Positions 1 to 9,682 of a DNA stretch of 54,174 nucleotides are shown here, one piece after another; within the stretch, counting starts at the first letter, position 1, and every line of letters begins with the position of its first letter. The DNA lies in assembly GCA_965652415.1 (NCBI GenBank), contig CBFGVH010000006.1, forward strand, positions 1 through 54,174, in the 5' to 3' direction. Under the pieces are notes generated by a model. It made no database searches. It was not told the DNA's origin and saw only the letters and a list, made by a program, of their open reading frames with translations. The translations under genes were made by a program, and so were the position numbers. The stretch is from an uncultured Gammaproteobacteria bacterium. Its GTDB lineage: Bacteria; Pseudomonadota; Gammaproteobacteria; Arenicellales; CAJQKF01.

Positions 1-1
1 C

Positions 2-367
2 GTCCGGCAGCATCCCGGCAGCGTCCAGCGCACCGAGCAGCTGGCGCGCCAGGGCTCCGCTGCCGGCGCCGAACTCCAGGATCGAACCTCCGACCTCGTC
101 GAGTACATCGGCCGCCTGCCGCGCGAGGCAGCGGGCGAAGAGCGACCCCAGCTCCGGCGCGGTGACGAAGTCGCCGTCGACGCCGGGCCCGCCGCCGGTG
201 GCGTAGTAGCCCAGACCCGGCGCATTGAGGGCGATATCCATGAAGCGATCGAAGGCGAGGCAGCCGCCGGCGGCGTCGATGGCCTCGCGAAGGTGTGCGG
301 CGACGCGCGCGGCATGGGCGCGCGCCTCGGCATCGGGTTCAGGCAGGACTGTCAGTCGGGCTTGCAT
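2..367 (-). CDS. SAM-dependent methyltransferase, MidA/NDUFAF7 (DUF185) family, running off the left edge (partial)
   Basis: Not in the ORF track. Manual translation from ATG 367 gives MQARLTVLPEPDAEARAH...FDRFMDIALNAPGLGYY...GDFVTAPELGSLFARCLA...ILEFGAGSG, which has the family's FM..AL..P..GYY, DF.TAPE and E.GAG.G motifs. Confidence 0.9.
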   Translation of the reverse strand, partial: MQARLTVLPEPDAEARAHAARVAAHLREAIDAAGGCLAFDRFMDIALNAPGLGYYATGGGPGVDGDFVTAPELGSLFARCLARQAADVLDEVGGSILEFGAGSGALARQLLGALDAAGMLPD

Positions 368-480
368 GAAGTCGGGCGAGGCGGCGCGGGGTGCCGCCCG
401 ATTGGGGTACGATTGTTGCCTCGCGACTCGGCAACGGCCCGCGATGGTAGCCGTTCCCGCCACAAATACAAAGGGTAATC

Positions 481-1233
481 ATGACCGCGAAAGATGACGA
501 AACTCCCGTCGCCCTGGTCACGGGCGCGGCCCGGCGCATCGGGGCCACCATCGCCCGCACCCTGCACGAGGCCGGCTTCCGGGTCCTTGTCCACTACGGA
601 CGCTCGCGGGGCGAGGCCGAGTCGCTGTGCGAAGGGCTGAACCACGATCGCCCCGGCTCGGCACTGGCTCTCTCGGCCGACCTGCGCGACGCGGCCGTCG
701 TCGAGCAGCTGGCCGCGCGCGCGCGGGCAGCATGGGGCCGGCTCGACCTCGTGGTCAACAACGCCTCCACCTTCCACCCTGCATCGCTGGCCGAGACCAC
801 GCCGGCGGTGCTCGACGAGATGGTCGCGGTCAACCTGAAGGCGCCGCTGCTGCTGGTCCGGGCGCTGGCGGCGGAACTGCGCGCGCGGCGCGGCGCCGTC
901 GTGAATATCGCCGACATCTACGCCGACAGGCCCCTGCGCGGGCACGCCGCGTACTGCGCGTCGAAGGCGGCGCTGGTCAGCCTGACCCGCTCGCTGGCGA
1001 TCGAGCTCGCCCCCGAAGTGCGGGTCAACGCCGTGGCGCCGGGGGCCATCCTGTGGCCGGAAGGCGCCGGAGACGACGACGCCCACCGGCAATCCCTCGT
1101 TGCGCGGACCCCCCTGGCCAGCCTCGGCAAGCCCGGCGACATCGCCGGCGCCGTGCGATTTCTCGCCACGGAAGGCGCGTTCATCACCGGGCAGGTGCTC
1201 AACGTCGACGGCGTGCGCAGCGTGGTGCCATGA
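481..1233 (+). CDS. Pteridine reductase (FolM/PTR1-like SDR)
   Basis: TGAARRIG, NNAS, DIYA and YCASK motifs; 250 aa; divergent from the MidA-like gene. Confidence 0.88.
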   Translation: MTAKDDETPVALVTGAARRIGATIARTLHEAGFRVLVHYGRSRGEAESLCEGLNHDRPGSALALSADLRDAAVVEQLAARARAAWGRLDLVVNNASTFHPASLAETTPAVLDEMVAVNLKAPLLLVRALAAELRARRGAVVNIADIYADRPLRGHAAYCASKAALVSLTRSLAIELAPEVRVNAVAPGAILWPEGAGDDDAHRQSLVARTPLASLGKPGDIAGAVRFLATEGAFITGQVLNVDGVRSVVP

Positions 1234-1252
1234 AGGCGTTCGACCACCGCAT

Positions 1253-1738
1253 TCAGCCTGGCGCCTCGCGCGCGCCGGCAAGCAGTCTTCCGGCCAGTTC
1301 CCGGCGCGACTGCGGCGCCAGCGCCTCGTCGAGACGCGGGTAGATCCGGGTCGACTCGCGCACGGTGTGATGATCGAGCACGTCGCGCAGGCGGCTGAAC
1401 ACCCCCAGGCGGCGCACCAGCTCGCGGCGCGGCGCAGCCGAGCCGCCGAGCGTGACCAGGGCGGCGCGAACCCGATCGAGACCGCGGCGGATGATGGCGT
1501 GGTCGCCGGCAAGTCGACGAAGCTCGGCGTCGGGTTCGCCGTCCAGCGTTCGAAAGCGCTCGTTCACTTCACCGTCCTCGAGTTCCATGTGCGGCAGCAG
1601 GCGCCGTTCGAATGCATCGAGCCTGGCCCTTGCCGCCGCCTGGTCAAGAGTCGTCAGCGCCTCGAGAAAGTCGTCGTAATCGGCGAGCAGGCGCTCGTGC
1701 ACCGCCTCGTTGGCCGCCGTCAGCGTCGCTTCAGCCAT
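1253..1738 (-). CDS. Hemerythrin-like (HHE) domain protein
   Basis: Helical 161-aa protein with ligand pattern HERL...PHMELED...DHAII...DHHTVRE..IYP. Confidence 0.75.
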   Translation of the reverse strand: MAEATLTAANEAVHERLLADYDDFLEALTTLDQAAARARLDAFERRLLPHMELEDGEVNERFRTLDGEPDAELRRLAGDHAIIRRGLDRVRAALVTLGGSAAPRRELVRRLGVFSRLRDVLDHHTVRESTRIYPRLDEALAPQSRRELAGRLLAGAREAPG

Positions 1739-1924
1739 GGCGGTCGTCGTCGGGTCGAGCGTGGTCCTCTTTCATCGCACCGGATTCTACGGAAGCGGTC
1801 TTCGCCTTGACACCGCCGTGCCACCCGAGTCAAATGACCCGGTCTCACGGACGCCCGGGACACGGCGAAACACGGCAGCCGGCCGCGCCGGGCACTCACC
1901 GCCAAACGAGATCCAGGCCCGGCC

Positions 1925-3328
1925 ATGCTCGAATCGTTCAGCGCCGTCGACCTCGCCCGCTTCCAGTTCGCCTTCACGATCTCGGCGCACATCATATTCC
2001 CCGCGTTCTCCATCGGCCTGGCCAGCTATCTCGCCGTGCTCGAAGGGCTGTGGCTGATCCGGCGCGACAACGCCTACATGGCGCTGTTCGACTACTGGAA
2101 GAAGATCTTCGCGCTGGTGTTCGGCATGGGCGTCGTCTCGGGCGTGGTCATGAGCTACCAATTCGGCACCAACTGGAGCGTGTTCGCCGACCGGACCGGG
2201 CCGATCCTCGGTCCGCTGATGGGCTACGAGGTGCTCACGGCGTTCTTTCTCGAGGCGGGGTTTCTCGGCGTCATGCTGTTCGGCCTCGACCGGGTCGGGC
2301 CGCGCCTGCACTTTCTCGCCACGCTCATGGTCGCCGTCGGCACCCTGATCTCGGCCTTCTGGATCCTGTCGGTGAATTCCTGGATGCAGACTCCGGCCGG
2401 CTACGCCATCAACGAGGCCGGGCAGTTCGTGCCCAACGACTGGTGGCAGGTGGTGTTCAACCCGTCGTTTCCGTACCGCCTGGTGCACATGACCCTGGCG
2501 GCCTACCTGACCACCGCCTTCGTGGTGGGCGGCGTCGGCGCCTGGCACCTGCTGCGCGACGGCGCCAACCCCGGCGCGCGCATCATGTTCTCCATGGCCA
2601 TGTGGATGGCGCTCATCGTCGCGCCGCTGCAGATACTGAGCGGCGACCTGCACGGGCTCAATACCCTCGAGCACCAGCCTGCCAAGGTGGCGGCGATGGA
2701 AGGGCACTACGAGAGTCGCGACGGCGCGCCGTTCGTCGTGTTCGGCATTCCTGACGACGACGCCGGGGAGATGCGCCACGCGATCGAGATCCCGAAGCTC
2801 GGCTCGCTTATCCTGACCCACAGCCTCGACGGCCACGTGCGCGGCCTCGACAGCTTTCCCGCCGACGAGCGACCGGGCGCGGAGATCGTGTTCTGGTCGT
2901 TTCGCATCATGCTGGCGGTGGGCGTCGCCATGGCCGTTCTCGGCCTGTGGAGCGGCGTGGCGCGCCTGCGCGGGAGGCTGTACGAGTCGACCTGGCTCAA
3001 GCGCGCCGCGGTGCTTATGGCGCCGTCGGGGTTTCTCGCCGTGATCGCCGGCTGGGTCACCACCGAGGTGGGACGCCAGCCGTGGACGGTCTACGGCCTT
3101 CTGACCACCGCCGAGTCGGTGTCGCCGGTGGAGGCCGCCGCGGTCGGCGCCTCGCTCGTCGCCTTCATCGTCATCTACTTCGTGGTGTTCGGCGCCGGCA
3201 CCCTGTACGCCCTGGTGCTGATGGCGAAACCACCGGCGGGCGCCGCCGCGCGCGAGCGCTGGATAACGCGCACCGCCGGCATCACGCCCGCGCTGGCCAT
3301 CGAAAGGAGGCCGCGAGATGGACATTGA
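1925..3328 (+). CDS. cydA: Cytochrome bd ubiquinol oxidase subunit I (short Q-loop, CioA-like)
   Basis: RFQFAFTISAHIIFP, YEVLTAFFLEAGF, HQPAKVAAMEG and EVGRQPW motifs. Confidence 0.96.
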   Translation: MLESFSAVDLARFQFAFTISAHIIFPAFSIGLASYLAVLEGLWLIRRDNAYMALFDYWKKIFALVFGMGVVSGVVMSYQFGTNWSVFADRTGPILGPLMGYEVLTAFFLEAGFLGVMLFGLDRVGPRLHFLATLMVAVGTLISAFWILSVNSWMQTPAGYAINEAGQFVPNDWWQVVFNPSFPYRLVHMTLAAYLTTAFVVGGVGAWHLLRDGANPGARIMFSMAMWMALIVAPLQILSGDLHGLNTLEHQPAKVAAMEGHYESRDGAPFVVFGIPDDDAGEMRHAIEIPKLGSLILTHSLDGHVRGLDSFPADERPGAEIVFWSFRIMLAVGVAMAVLGLWSGVARLRGRLYESTWLKRAAVLMAPSGFLAVIAGWVTTEVGRQPWTVYGLLTTAESVSPVEAAAVGASLVAFIVIYFVVFGAGTLYALVLMAKPPAGAAARERWITRTAGITPALAIERRPRDGH

Positions 3329-4322
3329 CCTGGCACTCGTCTGGGCGGGCCTGATCGCCTTCGCGGTGCTGGCCTACGTGATTCTCGACGGCTTCGATCT
3401 GGGCATCGGCATCCTGTTCCCGTTCCTCGGCAGCAAGACTCACCGGGACGTGGCGATGAACTCGGTGGCGCCGGTGTGGGACGGCAACGAGACCTGGCTG
3501 GTGCTCGGCGGCGGCGGGTTGTTCGCGGTATTCCCGCTCGCCTACTCGGTGCTGCTGCCGGCGCTGTACGCGCCGATCATCGCCATGCTGCTGGGCCTGA
3601 TCTTCCGCGGGGTGTCGTTCGAGTTCCGTTCCAGGGCCCGCGGCGAGCGCATCGTCTGGGACGTCGGCTTCGCCGGCGGCTCCCTGGTGGCCACCTTCGC
3701 CCAGGGCATCGCACTGGGGGCGCTGGTGCAGGGCATCGCGGTCGAGGGGCGCGCCTACGCCGGCGGCCACTTCGACTGGCTGACGCCGTTCTCCCTGCTC
3801 ACCGGCGCGGCGCTGGTGGTCGGCTACGCGCTGCTCGGCGCCACCTGGCTGGTGATGAAGACCGAGGGCGAGCTCGCGGTCCTGGCGCGGCGCGCGGCAT
3901 GGGTCACCGGCGCCGGCACGCTGGTGCTGATCGGCGCGGTCAGCATCATCACGCCGTTCCTCGACCCGGCGTACCTGCACCGCTGGTTCGACTGGCCGAC
4001 GTCCGGGTTCAGCATCGTGGTGCCGGCGCTGATCCTCCTGTGCGTGCTGTACGGGCATCGCGGTCTCGCGCGCGGCGCCCATGCGGCGCCGTTCATCGCT
4101 TCGCTGGGCCTGTTCGTGCTGTGCTACGCAGGCATACTGATCAGTTTCTATCCGAACATCGTGCCGCCGTCGATCGACATCTGGCAGGCGGCGGCGCCGG
4201 ATTCGAGCCTCGCCTTCCTGCTGGTCGGCGCCGCGGTGCTCATCCCGCTGATCCTCGTCTATACCGGCTGGGCCTACTGGGTGTTTCGCGGCAAGGTCGA
4301 TCCCGACGAGGGCTACCACTGA
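3318..4322 (+). CDS. cydB: Cytochrome bd ubiquinol oxidase subunit II
   Basis: YVILDGFDLGIG, PVWDGNETWLV and VFRGKV motifs; overlaps cydA. Confidence 0.96.
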   Translation: MDIDLALVWAGLIAFAVLAYVILDGFDLGIGILFPFLGSKTHRDVAMNSVAPVWDGNETWLVLGGGGLFAVFPLAYSVLLPALYAPIIAMLLGLIFRGVSFEFRSRARGERIVWDVGFAGGSLVATFAQGIALGALVQGIAVEGRAYAGGHFDWLTPFSLLTGAALVVGYALLGATWLVMKTEGELAVLARRAAWVTGAGTLVLIGAVSIITPFLDPAYLHRWFDWPTSGFSIVVPALILLCVLYGHRGLARGAHAAPFIASLGLFVLCYAGILISFYPNIVPPSIDIWQAAAPDSSLAFLLVGAAVLIPLILVYTGWAYWVFRGKVDPDEGYH

Positions 4323-4444
4323 TGGGCGACGCGCGCCGACGCCGGCTCGCGGAGCGCCTCTTGTGGTTCGTGCTGTTGTGGGGGGCGTCGGTGGCGGTGG
4401 TGCTGGCGCTCGCGTGGTTGATCCGCGCCGCTATCGGGGCTTGA
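4322..4444 (+). CDS. Small single-TM protein, DUF2474-like, putative bd-oxidase accessory subunit (40 aa)
   Basis: ATG overlaps the cydB stop (TGATG); MGDARRRRLAERLLWFVLLWGASVAVVLALAWLIRAAIGA. Confidence 0.8.
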   Translation: MGDARRRRLAERLLWFVLLWGASVAVVLALAWLIRAAIGA

Positions 4445-4455
4445 GACCGGGGGCG

Positions 4456-4483
4456 GGACGGCGCGCCGCGAAGCACGCCGTCC
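4456..4483. terminator. GC-rich hairpin between convergent genes
   Basis: GGACGGCG (4456-4463) pairs with CGCCGTCC (4476-4483); no U-tract. Confidence 0.4.
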
Positions 4484-4504
4484 GCCTGTCGGGAGGTTGC
4501 CGAA

Positions 4505-4762
4505 TCAGGAGGGATGCTCGAGTCCGAGAATCTCCATTGCCTTGTGCAGCGCCGTTTCGGAATCGGCATGGTTGCCCGCCTCGTGCAGGCTGGCGCCCTC
4601 GTCGCGCAGCATCTTCACTTCCTGCATCTGCTCATCGCTGATCTGTGGCCCAGCCGCCAGCGCATCGTCGATGGCCTTGACGTCGGTCGGACAGTGGGAC
4701 GCGAACGCCGGCAGCGAGAATGCCGCGAGCACGGCGCCGAGAAGAAAATGCCTGGTATTCAT
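4505..4762 (-). CDS. Small secreted hypothetical protein (His/Cys-containing)
   Basis: SD AAGGAGG upstream; signal peptide ending AFA; mature region SHCPTDVKAIDDAL...LHEAGNHADS. Confidence 0.75.
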   Translation of the reverse strand: MNTRHFLLGAVLAAFSLPAFASHCPTDVKAIDDALAAGPQISDEQMQEVKMLRDEGASLHEAGNHADSETALHKAMEILGLEHPS

Positions 4763-4931
4763 GGCTCGTGTACCTCCTTACGTCGTTGATCCAGTCCGGA
4801 CGGGTTGCAACGAAGCCGCATGGCGAAGCCCCGCGCAGCCTTCGCTCGCGCCGGTCCGGAAGCACATTCTGGTACGGATTGCGTACGAGCGCAATGACCA
4901 ACCTGTCATGACGCCGCCGGCGCCGCGCCCG

Positions 4932-5138
4932 CTACCCCTCGCGGCATACCGTCTTCGCCCGCTCGAGGATCGCGGCCAGCCGGGCGTCGTCGCCGATGGC
5001 GTTCGCCATCAGCAGGATGATGGTCGCGTTCAGCCGGTTGACAGCGTCGGCGTCGAGCCCCTCGTACAGGGACACCAGGTGGGCGTAGAAGCCGTCGGGG
5101 TCTTTCAGTCGCAGTTCGGCGTCGAGTTCGGCGGTCAC
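4932..5138 (-). CDS. DUF2783-like small protein (68 aa), putative monooxygenase coupling protein
   Basis: GTG 5138 overlaps the upstream stop (GTGA); DPDGFYAHL...LNATIILLMANAIGD signature. Confidence 0.82.
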   Translation of the reverse strand: MTAELDAELRLKDPDGFYAHLVSLYEGLDADAVNRLNATIILLMANAIGDDARLAAILERAKTVCREG

Positions 5139-6091
5139 GATTCCGCTTCCAGCGAGCGCCACATCTCGGCATCGCGCTCGGCGGTCCAGATGCGCGGGTC
5201 GGCGATGCCGCCGGCCTCGTCGTAGGCGCGGCTGACGTCGAACGGCAGGCAGTGGTCGAAGATCACCCAGTGGCCGAAGTCACCCTTGAGCGCTTCGTAG
5301 GTGTCGCGGTACACGGCATTGAGGTCCTTGCCCGCCTCGCGGCCGGCCTTGACCGAGCCGTACATGCGCAAGAGGAACTCGCGGGTGCCGTCGATGCCCT
5401 CGCGGATCGACTCCGGCGTGGTGAGCGCCGCACCGCGGCCCGGCACCAGCGCAACGGGATCGAGCGCGGCGAGGTTGTCGAGCGTCTTCGGCCAGTCCTC
5501 GAGGTAGGCGTCGCCGGTGTAGGGCGTGGCGCCGTACTCGACGAGATCGCCGCTGAACAGCACCCGCTCCTGCGGCAGCCAGACCACGGTATCGCCCTTG
5601 GTGTGGCCGCGGCCGAGTTGCATGATCCGCACCTCGGTGCCGCCCATCCACAGCGTCATCCGGCCGTGAAAGACGATGGTCGGCCAGGTCAGCCCCGGTA
5701 TCGACTCGACGTCCTGGAACAGGCGCGGGAAGCGTTCGTACTCGGACTTGTAGTCGGCCTCGCCGCGCTCGACGATCAGATCGTACGTGTCGCCGCTGGC
5801 GATGACGTGCTCGGCGCCGTAGGCCGAGGCGCCGAGCACGCGCACGGCGTGGTAGTGGGTCAGTGTCACGTACCGGATCGGCTTGTCGGTGACGGTGCGG
5901 ACTTTCTCGATCACGTCGCGCGCCATGGCCGGCGTCGCCTGGGCGTCGATGACCATCACCGAGTCCTCGCCGACGATGACGCCGGTGTTTGGATCGCCCT
6001 CGGCGGTGTAGGCGAAGGCGCTCTCGGAGAGCTGGCTGAAGGTGACTTTCTTGGGTTCGAGGTCGCCCTTCGAGGCGAAGGCCTTGCTCAT
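5135..6091 (-). CDS. MBL-fold metallo-hydrolase-like protein with a non-canonical metal motif
   Basis: Start refined to ATG 6091 (SD AGGAG, ATGA overlap); EGDPNTG, THYHAVR, GHTKGD, LFSGDLVE and VPGRG motifs. Confidence 0.88.
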   Translation of the reverse strand: MSKAFASKGDLEPKKVTFSQLSESAFAYTAEGDPNTGVIVGEDSVMVIDAQATPAMARDVIEKVRTVTDKPIRYVTLTHYHAVRVLGASAYGAEHVIASGDTYDLIVERGEADYKSEYERFPRLFQDVESIPGLTWPTIVFHGRMTLWMGGTEVRIMQLGRGHTKGDTVVWLPQERVLFSGDLVEYGATPYTGDAYLEDWPKTLDNLAALDPVALVPGRGAALTTPESIREGIDGTREFLLRMYGSVKAGREAGKDLNAVYRDTYEALKGDFGHWVIFDHCLPFDVSRAYDEAGGIADPRIWTAERDAEMWRSLEAES

Positions 6092-7830
6092 CTGGCTGTC
6101 TCCTGTGGTCGGGCGGCCCGGACGGGGTCGGCTGCCGCCGGTTGAACGGTTTCGACCGCCATGGCGCGGCGAATGGCGGCGCGCACGCGGTCGGGGTTGA
6201 AGTGTCGCCAGCGCGCGGCGACGTGCTGGTCGGGCCGGAGCAGGTACACGGTGCCGGGGCTCGCATCGTAGTGGCGCGCGAGCAGCCCCGTGCTGTCGTG
6301 GATGCAGCCGGCCGCCGGCCGCGCGCTCACCACGAGCCGCCTGAGCGCGATGCCGGGCGGTGCGAGATCGACATCGAGGTGCTCGGTACGCTCGCCGGCC
6401 TCGCTGAACGCCAGCACGCAGAACGTCCCGGCCGTTTGCGGCAGGAACCATCCGTCGGCGCCATCGACAGTCACCGGCGCGTCGATGCACGGCGCGCCGG
6501 GACGCATGCGCGGGTCGAACTCGTCGGCGTCGGGGGTCGACAGCGGCAAACCGTCGAGCACGCACGGCACCGACAGGCGGCCGCTGTTGACGAAGGCGCG
6601 GGCGAAGGGCATGGACTCGGCCAGCTTCAGCACGGCGTCGCGGCAGGCCCGGCTGGCGGCATTTCCCGGCGTCAGGAAATCGGTGCTGCGGGTGGAATTG
6701 AGCAGGTTCTCGTCGGCGGCGCGCACGCGCTCGGCGTCGTAGGACTCGAGCAGCCGCTCGTCGGCCGCGCCTTCGAGCACCAGCGCCAGCTTCCAGGCCA
6801 GGTTGTCGACGTCCTGGATGCCGCCGTTGGCACCGCGCGCGCCGAACGGCGATACCAGGTGCGCCGCATCGCCGGCGAAGATCACCCGGCCGTGGACGAA
6901 GCGCTTCATGCGCCGGCACTGGAAGGTGTACAGGCTCACCCACTCGTACTCGTAGTCGATGCCGGGACCGAGGAAGGCGCGCACCATGCGATCCACGTTC
7001 TCGTCCCTGAGCGCCTCATCGCGATCGACGTCGGTGCGGCCGAGCTGGAAGTCGAGGCGCCACACGTCGTCGGCCTGCTTGTGCATGAGCGAAGTCTTGC
7101 CCGGATTGAACGGCGGATCGAACCAGAAGCGGCGCTCGGCGGGAAAGTCGGCTTTCATGCGTATGTCGGCGATCAGGAATCGGTCCTCGAACACGCGGCC
7201 GTCGAAGTCGAGCCCGAGCATGGTGCGCACCGGGCTGCGGCAGCCGTCGGCCGCCACGAGGTAGTCGCATTCGAGGCGATAGTCCCCGGCGGGCGTCGAG
7301 ACCGTGACCCGCACGCCGTCGGGGCCGGGCTCGACCGCGGTGACCTCGTTCTTCCAGCGTATCTCCGTGCCCGCATCGGCGTCGATGCGCTCGACCAGGT
7401 ATTCTTCCGGATAGTACTGCTGGAGGTTGATAAACGCGGGGAACTGCTGCTGCTTGTCGGGCAGAAGGTCGAACGTGTACACCGGCTCGTCGCTGCCGCC
7501 GACGAACACCTTGCCGACGTTCCACACCACGCCCTTTTCGATCATCGGCCGGGCGACGCCGAGGCGGTCGAGGATCTCCAGGGTGCGCTTGGCCCAGCAG
7601 ATGGCGCGCGAGCCGTCGCTGACGGTGTCATGCTTCTCGAGCACGACAGAGCGCACGCCGCGCGAGGAGAGGTCCACGGCCATGGCGAGGCCGATCGGGC
7701 CGCCACCGACGATGACCACCGGCACGCGCGTGACAGTCGTCCGCCCGAGCTCCGGCGGGGGCACGAAGTCGTAGCGGCGGCGGGGATGGCGTGCGGCGGC
7801 GCGGCCGAGATCGGCGTACTTGGCGCTCAT
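6088..7830 (-). CDS. FAD-dependent aromatic monooxygenase (PheA/MhpA-like, with C-terminal thioredoxin-like domain)
   Basis: Start ATG 7830; VGGGPIG, AADGCRS, FAGDAAHLVSPFGARGANGGIQD and LLRPDQHVAAR motifs. Confidence 0.9.
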   Translation of the reverse strand: MSAKYADLGRAAARHPRRRYDFVPPPELGRTTVTRVPVVIVGGGPIGLAMAVDLSSRGVRSVVLEKHDTVSDGSRAICWAKRTLEILDRLGVARPMIEKGVVWNVGKVFVGGSDEPVYTFDLLPDKQQQFPAFINLQQYYPEEYLVERIDADAGTEIRWKNEVTAVEPGPDGVRVTVSTPAGDYRLECDYLVAADGCRSPVRTMLGLDFDGRVFEDRFLIADIRMKADFPAERRFWFDPPFNPGKTSLMHKQADDVWRLDFQLGRTDVDRDEALRDENVDRMVRAFLGPGIDYEYEWVSLYTFQCRRMKRFVHGRVIFAGDAAHLVSPFGARGANGGIQDVDNLAWKLALVLEGAADERLLESYDAERVRAADENLLNSTRSTDFLTPGNAASRACRDAVLKLAESMPFARAFVNSGRLSVPCVLDGLPLSTPDADEFDPRMRPGAPCIDAPVTVDGADGWFLPQTAGTFCVLAFSEAGERTEHLDVDLAPPGIALRRLVVSARPAAGCIHDSTGLLARHYDASPGTVYLLRPDQHVAARWRHFNPDRVRAAIRRAMAVETVQPAAADPVRAARPQETAR

Positions 7831-8324
7831 CGCGCGGGCTCTTGGGCGCCGGCGGCTTCCAGGCCGCCGGCGAGGTCGCTGAGGCGGTCCAGCAGCCGGT
7901 CGAGCTGGCGACGCTCGCCGGCGTCGAGGGCGCCCAGCAGGCGCCGTTCGAAGCCGAGCGCCAGCGGTACCACGCGGCGGTACACCTCCCGCCCGGCGTC
8001 GGTCAGGTCGATCCGAACGCGCCGGCCGTCGCGCGGGTCGCGGTGGCGCACCACGCGTCCCTGCTCGCGCAGGCCGTGCACGGCGCGGCTCACCGTGACC
8101 TTGTCCATCTCGGTGACGCGGCAGATGTCGTCGGCGCAAAGGCCCGGCGACTCGCCGAGCACCGCCAGCACGCGCCACTGGGGCACGGTCAGCTCGAAGC
8201 GCTCGGCGTACAGCCGCGCCAGCGTACGGCTGACACGGTTGGTCAATACCGACAGGCGATACGGCAGGAACTCGTCGAGCCGAAGCCTGGCCTCGCTGAC
8301 CGCGTCGTCCACCGCGCCGCTCAT
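7827..8324 (-). CDS. MarR-family regulator, probable homogentisate pathway repressor
   Basis: Start ATG 8324; [26 protein letters not shown] and [10 protein letters not shown] winged-HTH motifs. Confidence 0.9.
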   Translation of the reverse strand: MSGAVDDAVSEARLRLDEFLPYRLSVLTNRVSRTLARLYAERFELTVPQWRVLAVLGESPGLCADDICRVTEMDKVTVSRAVHGLREQGRVVRHRDPRDGRRVRIDLTDAGREVYRRVVPLALGFERRLLGALDAGERRQLDRLLDRLSDLAGGLEAAGAQEPAR

Positions 8325-9667
8325 GGCCGCCGCGAATCGAAATGCCGGGCGATGCCGCGCCAGCAGTCGAGGTAGTCGCGCTGCAGACGGGGACTGTCCA
8401 GGGCGAATCGGGTCGGCCTGAGCGGGTAGCGCGTCTCGAACATGAAGGCCAGGGTGTCGGCGTAACGGTCGGGCTCGAGTTCCGCGCTTGATGCCTTCTC
8501 GAACACCGCCGCCTCCGGGCCGTGGGCCGACATGCAGTTGTGCAGGCTCGCCCCGCCCGGCTCGAAGCCTTTCGACTTGGCATCGTACACCCCGCGCACA
8601 AGGCCCATGAACTCGCTCATCACGTTGCGGTGGTACCACGGCGGGCGGAAGGTATCCTCGGCCACCATCCAGCGCGGCGGGAAGATGACGAAGTCCATGT
8701 TGGCCACGCCCGGCGTGTCCGACGGCGCGGTCAGGACCGTGTAGATCGACGGGTCGGGATGGTCGTAGGAAACCGTGCCCATGGTGTTGAAGCGGGCGAG
8801 ATCGTACTTGCAGGGCACCGCGGTGCCTACCCACGCCACCACGTCGAGCGGCGAATGGCCGATGGCGCATTCGAAAAGGCCCCCGCCGTACTTGCACGCG
8901 AGCGTGAAATCACCCTCGCGATCCTCGTACGCGGCGCGCGGCGCCATGAAGTCACGGCCGTTCGCGAAGCCGTCGCTGCCCACCGGTCCGCGCTCGGGCA
9001 GGATGAAGGCGGCGCCGTAGTTCTCGGCGACGTAGCCGCGCGACGGTCCGTCCGGAAGGACCACGCGGAACTTCATGCCGCGCGGCACCACCGCGATCTC
9101 CCCCGGCGCCACCGCCAGCACACCGCACTCGGTGTGCAGGTTCAACCGTCCCTGCTGGGGCACCAGCAGCAGTTCGCCGTCGGCGTCGTAGAAGAAGCGG
9201 TCGGTCATCGAACTGTCGGCGAGGTAGACGTGGATGCCGATGCCGGCCTGCAGGGCGGCGTCGCCGGCAGCGGCAAGAGTGACGAGTCCGTCGACGAAGT
9301 CGGCGCCGGCGGCGGGAACCTCGAACGGGTCCCAGCGCAGCTGATCGGGCACCGGCGCCGCCTCGGTGACAGGCGCGGTGCGCACGAGGCCGGCATCGCG
9401 CGGCTTGAAGGCACCCTGCACCACCGAGGGCCGGATGCGGTACAGCCACGTTCTGCGGTTGGCGTGGCGCGGCACGGTGAAGGCGGTGGCGGTGAACTTC
9501 TCGGCATACAGGCCGTAGGGCACCTTCTGCGGCGAAAAGCGGCCTCGCGGCAGGGCGCCGGGCAATGCCTCGGACTCGTGTTCGTTGCCGAAGCCGGAAA
9601 GATACGGCGAGTCGGCGGGCGACGCCCCGGCGGAGACTGCCGAAGCACCGGTCGATGGACTGGTCAT
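8321..9667 (-). CDS. hmgA: Homogentisate 1,2-dioxygenase
   Basis: Start ATG 9667; [37 protein letters not shown] and [11 protein letters not shown] (Fe ligands) motifs. Confidence 0.96.
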   Translation of the reverse strand: MTSPSTGASAVSAGASPADSPYLSGFGNEHESEALPGALPRGRFSPQKVPYGLYAEKFTATAFTVPRHANRRTWLYRIRPSVVQGAFKPRDAGLVRTAPVTEAAPVPDQLRWDPFEVPAAGADFVDGLVTLAAAGDAALQAGIGIHVYLADSSMTDRFFYDADGELLLVPQQGRLNLHTECGVLAVAPGEIAVVPRGMKFRVVLPDGPSRGYVAENYGAAFILPERGPVGSDGFANGRDFMAPRAAYEDREGDFTLACKYGGGLFECAIGHSPLDVVAWVGTAVPCKYDLARFNTMGTVSYDHPDPSIYTVLTAPSDTPGVANMDFVIFPPRWMVAEDTFRPPWYHRNVMSEFMGLVRGVYDAKSKGFEPGGASLHNCMSAHGPEAAVFEKASSAELEPDRYADTLAFMFETRYPLRPTRFALDSPRLQRDYLDCWRGIARHFDSRRP

Positions 9668-9682
9668 GGGACGGTACCGTGC

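Noticed and set aside
352-1512. Long antisense or alternative-frame ORFs here and throughout (for example 1787-3325, 6142-8421, 18334-20208, 22624-24543, 25890-27869, 29477-31195)
   Set aside because: They are shadows of real genes in high-GC DNA: Arg/Gly/Pro-rich or codon-mirror translations with no family motifs.
1807-1833. TTGAC...GTCAA near the cydA promoter as an FNR box, and TGGCACG on the minus strand as a sigma-54 promoter
   Set aside because: The half-site spacing is 17 nt rather than 4, and the sigma-54 -12 GC is absent.
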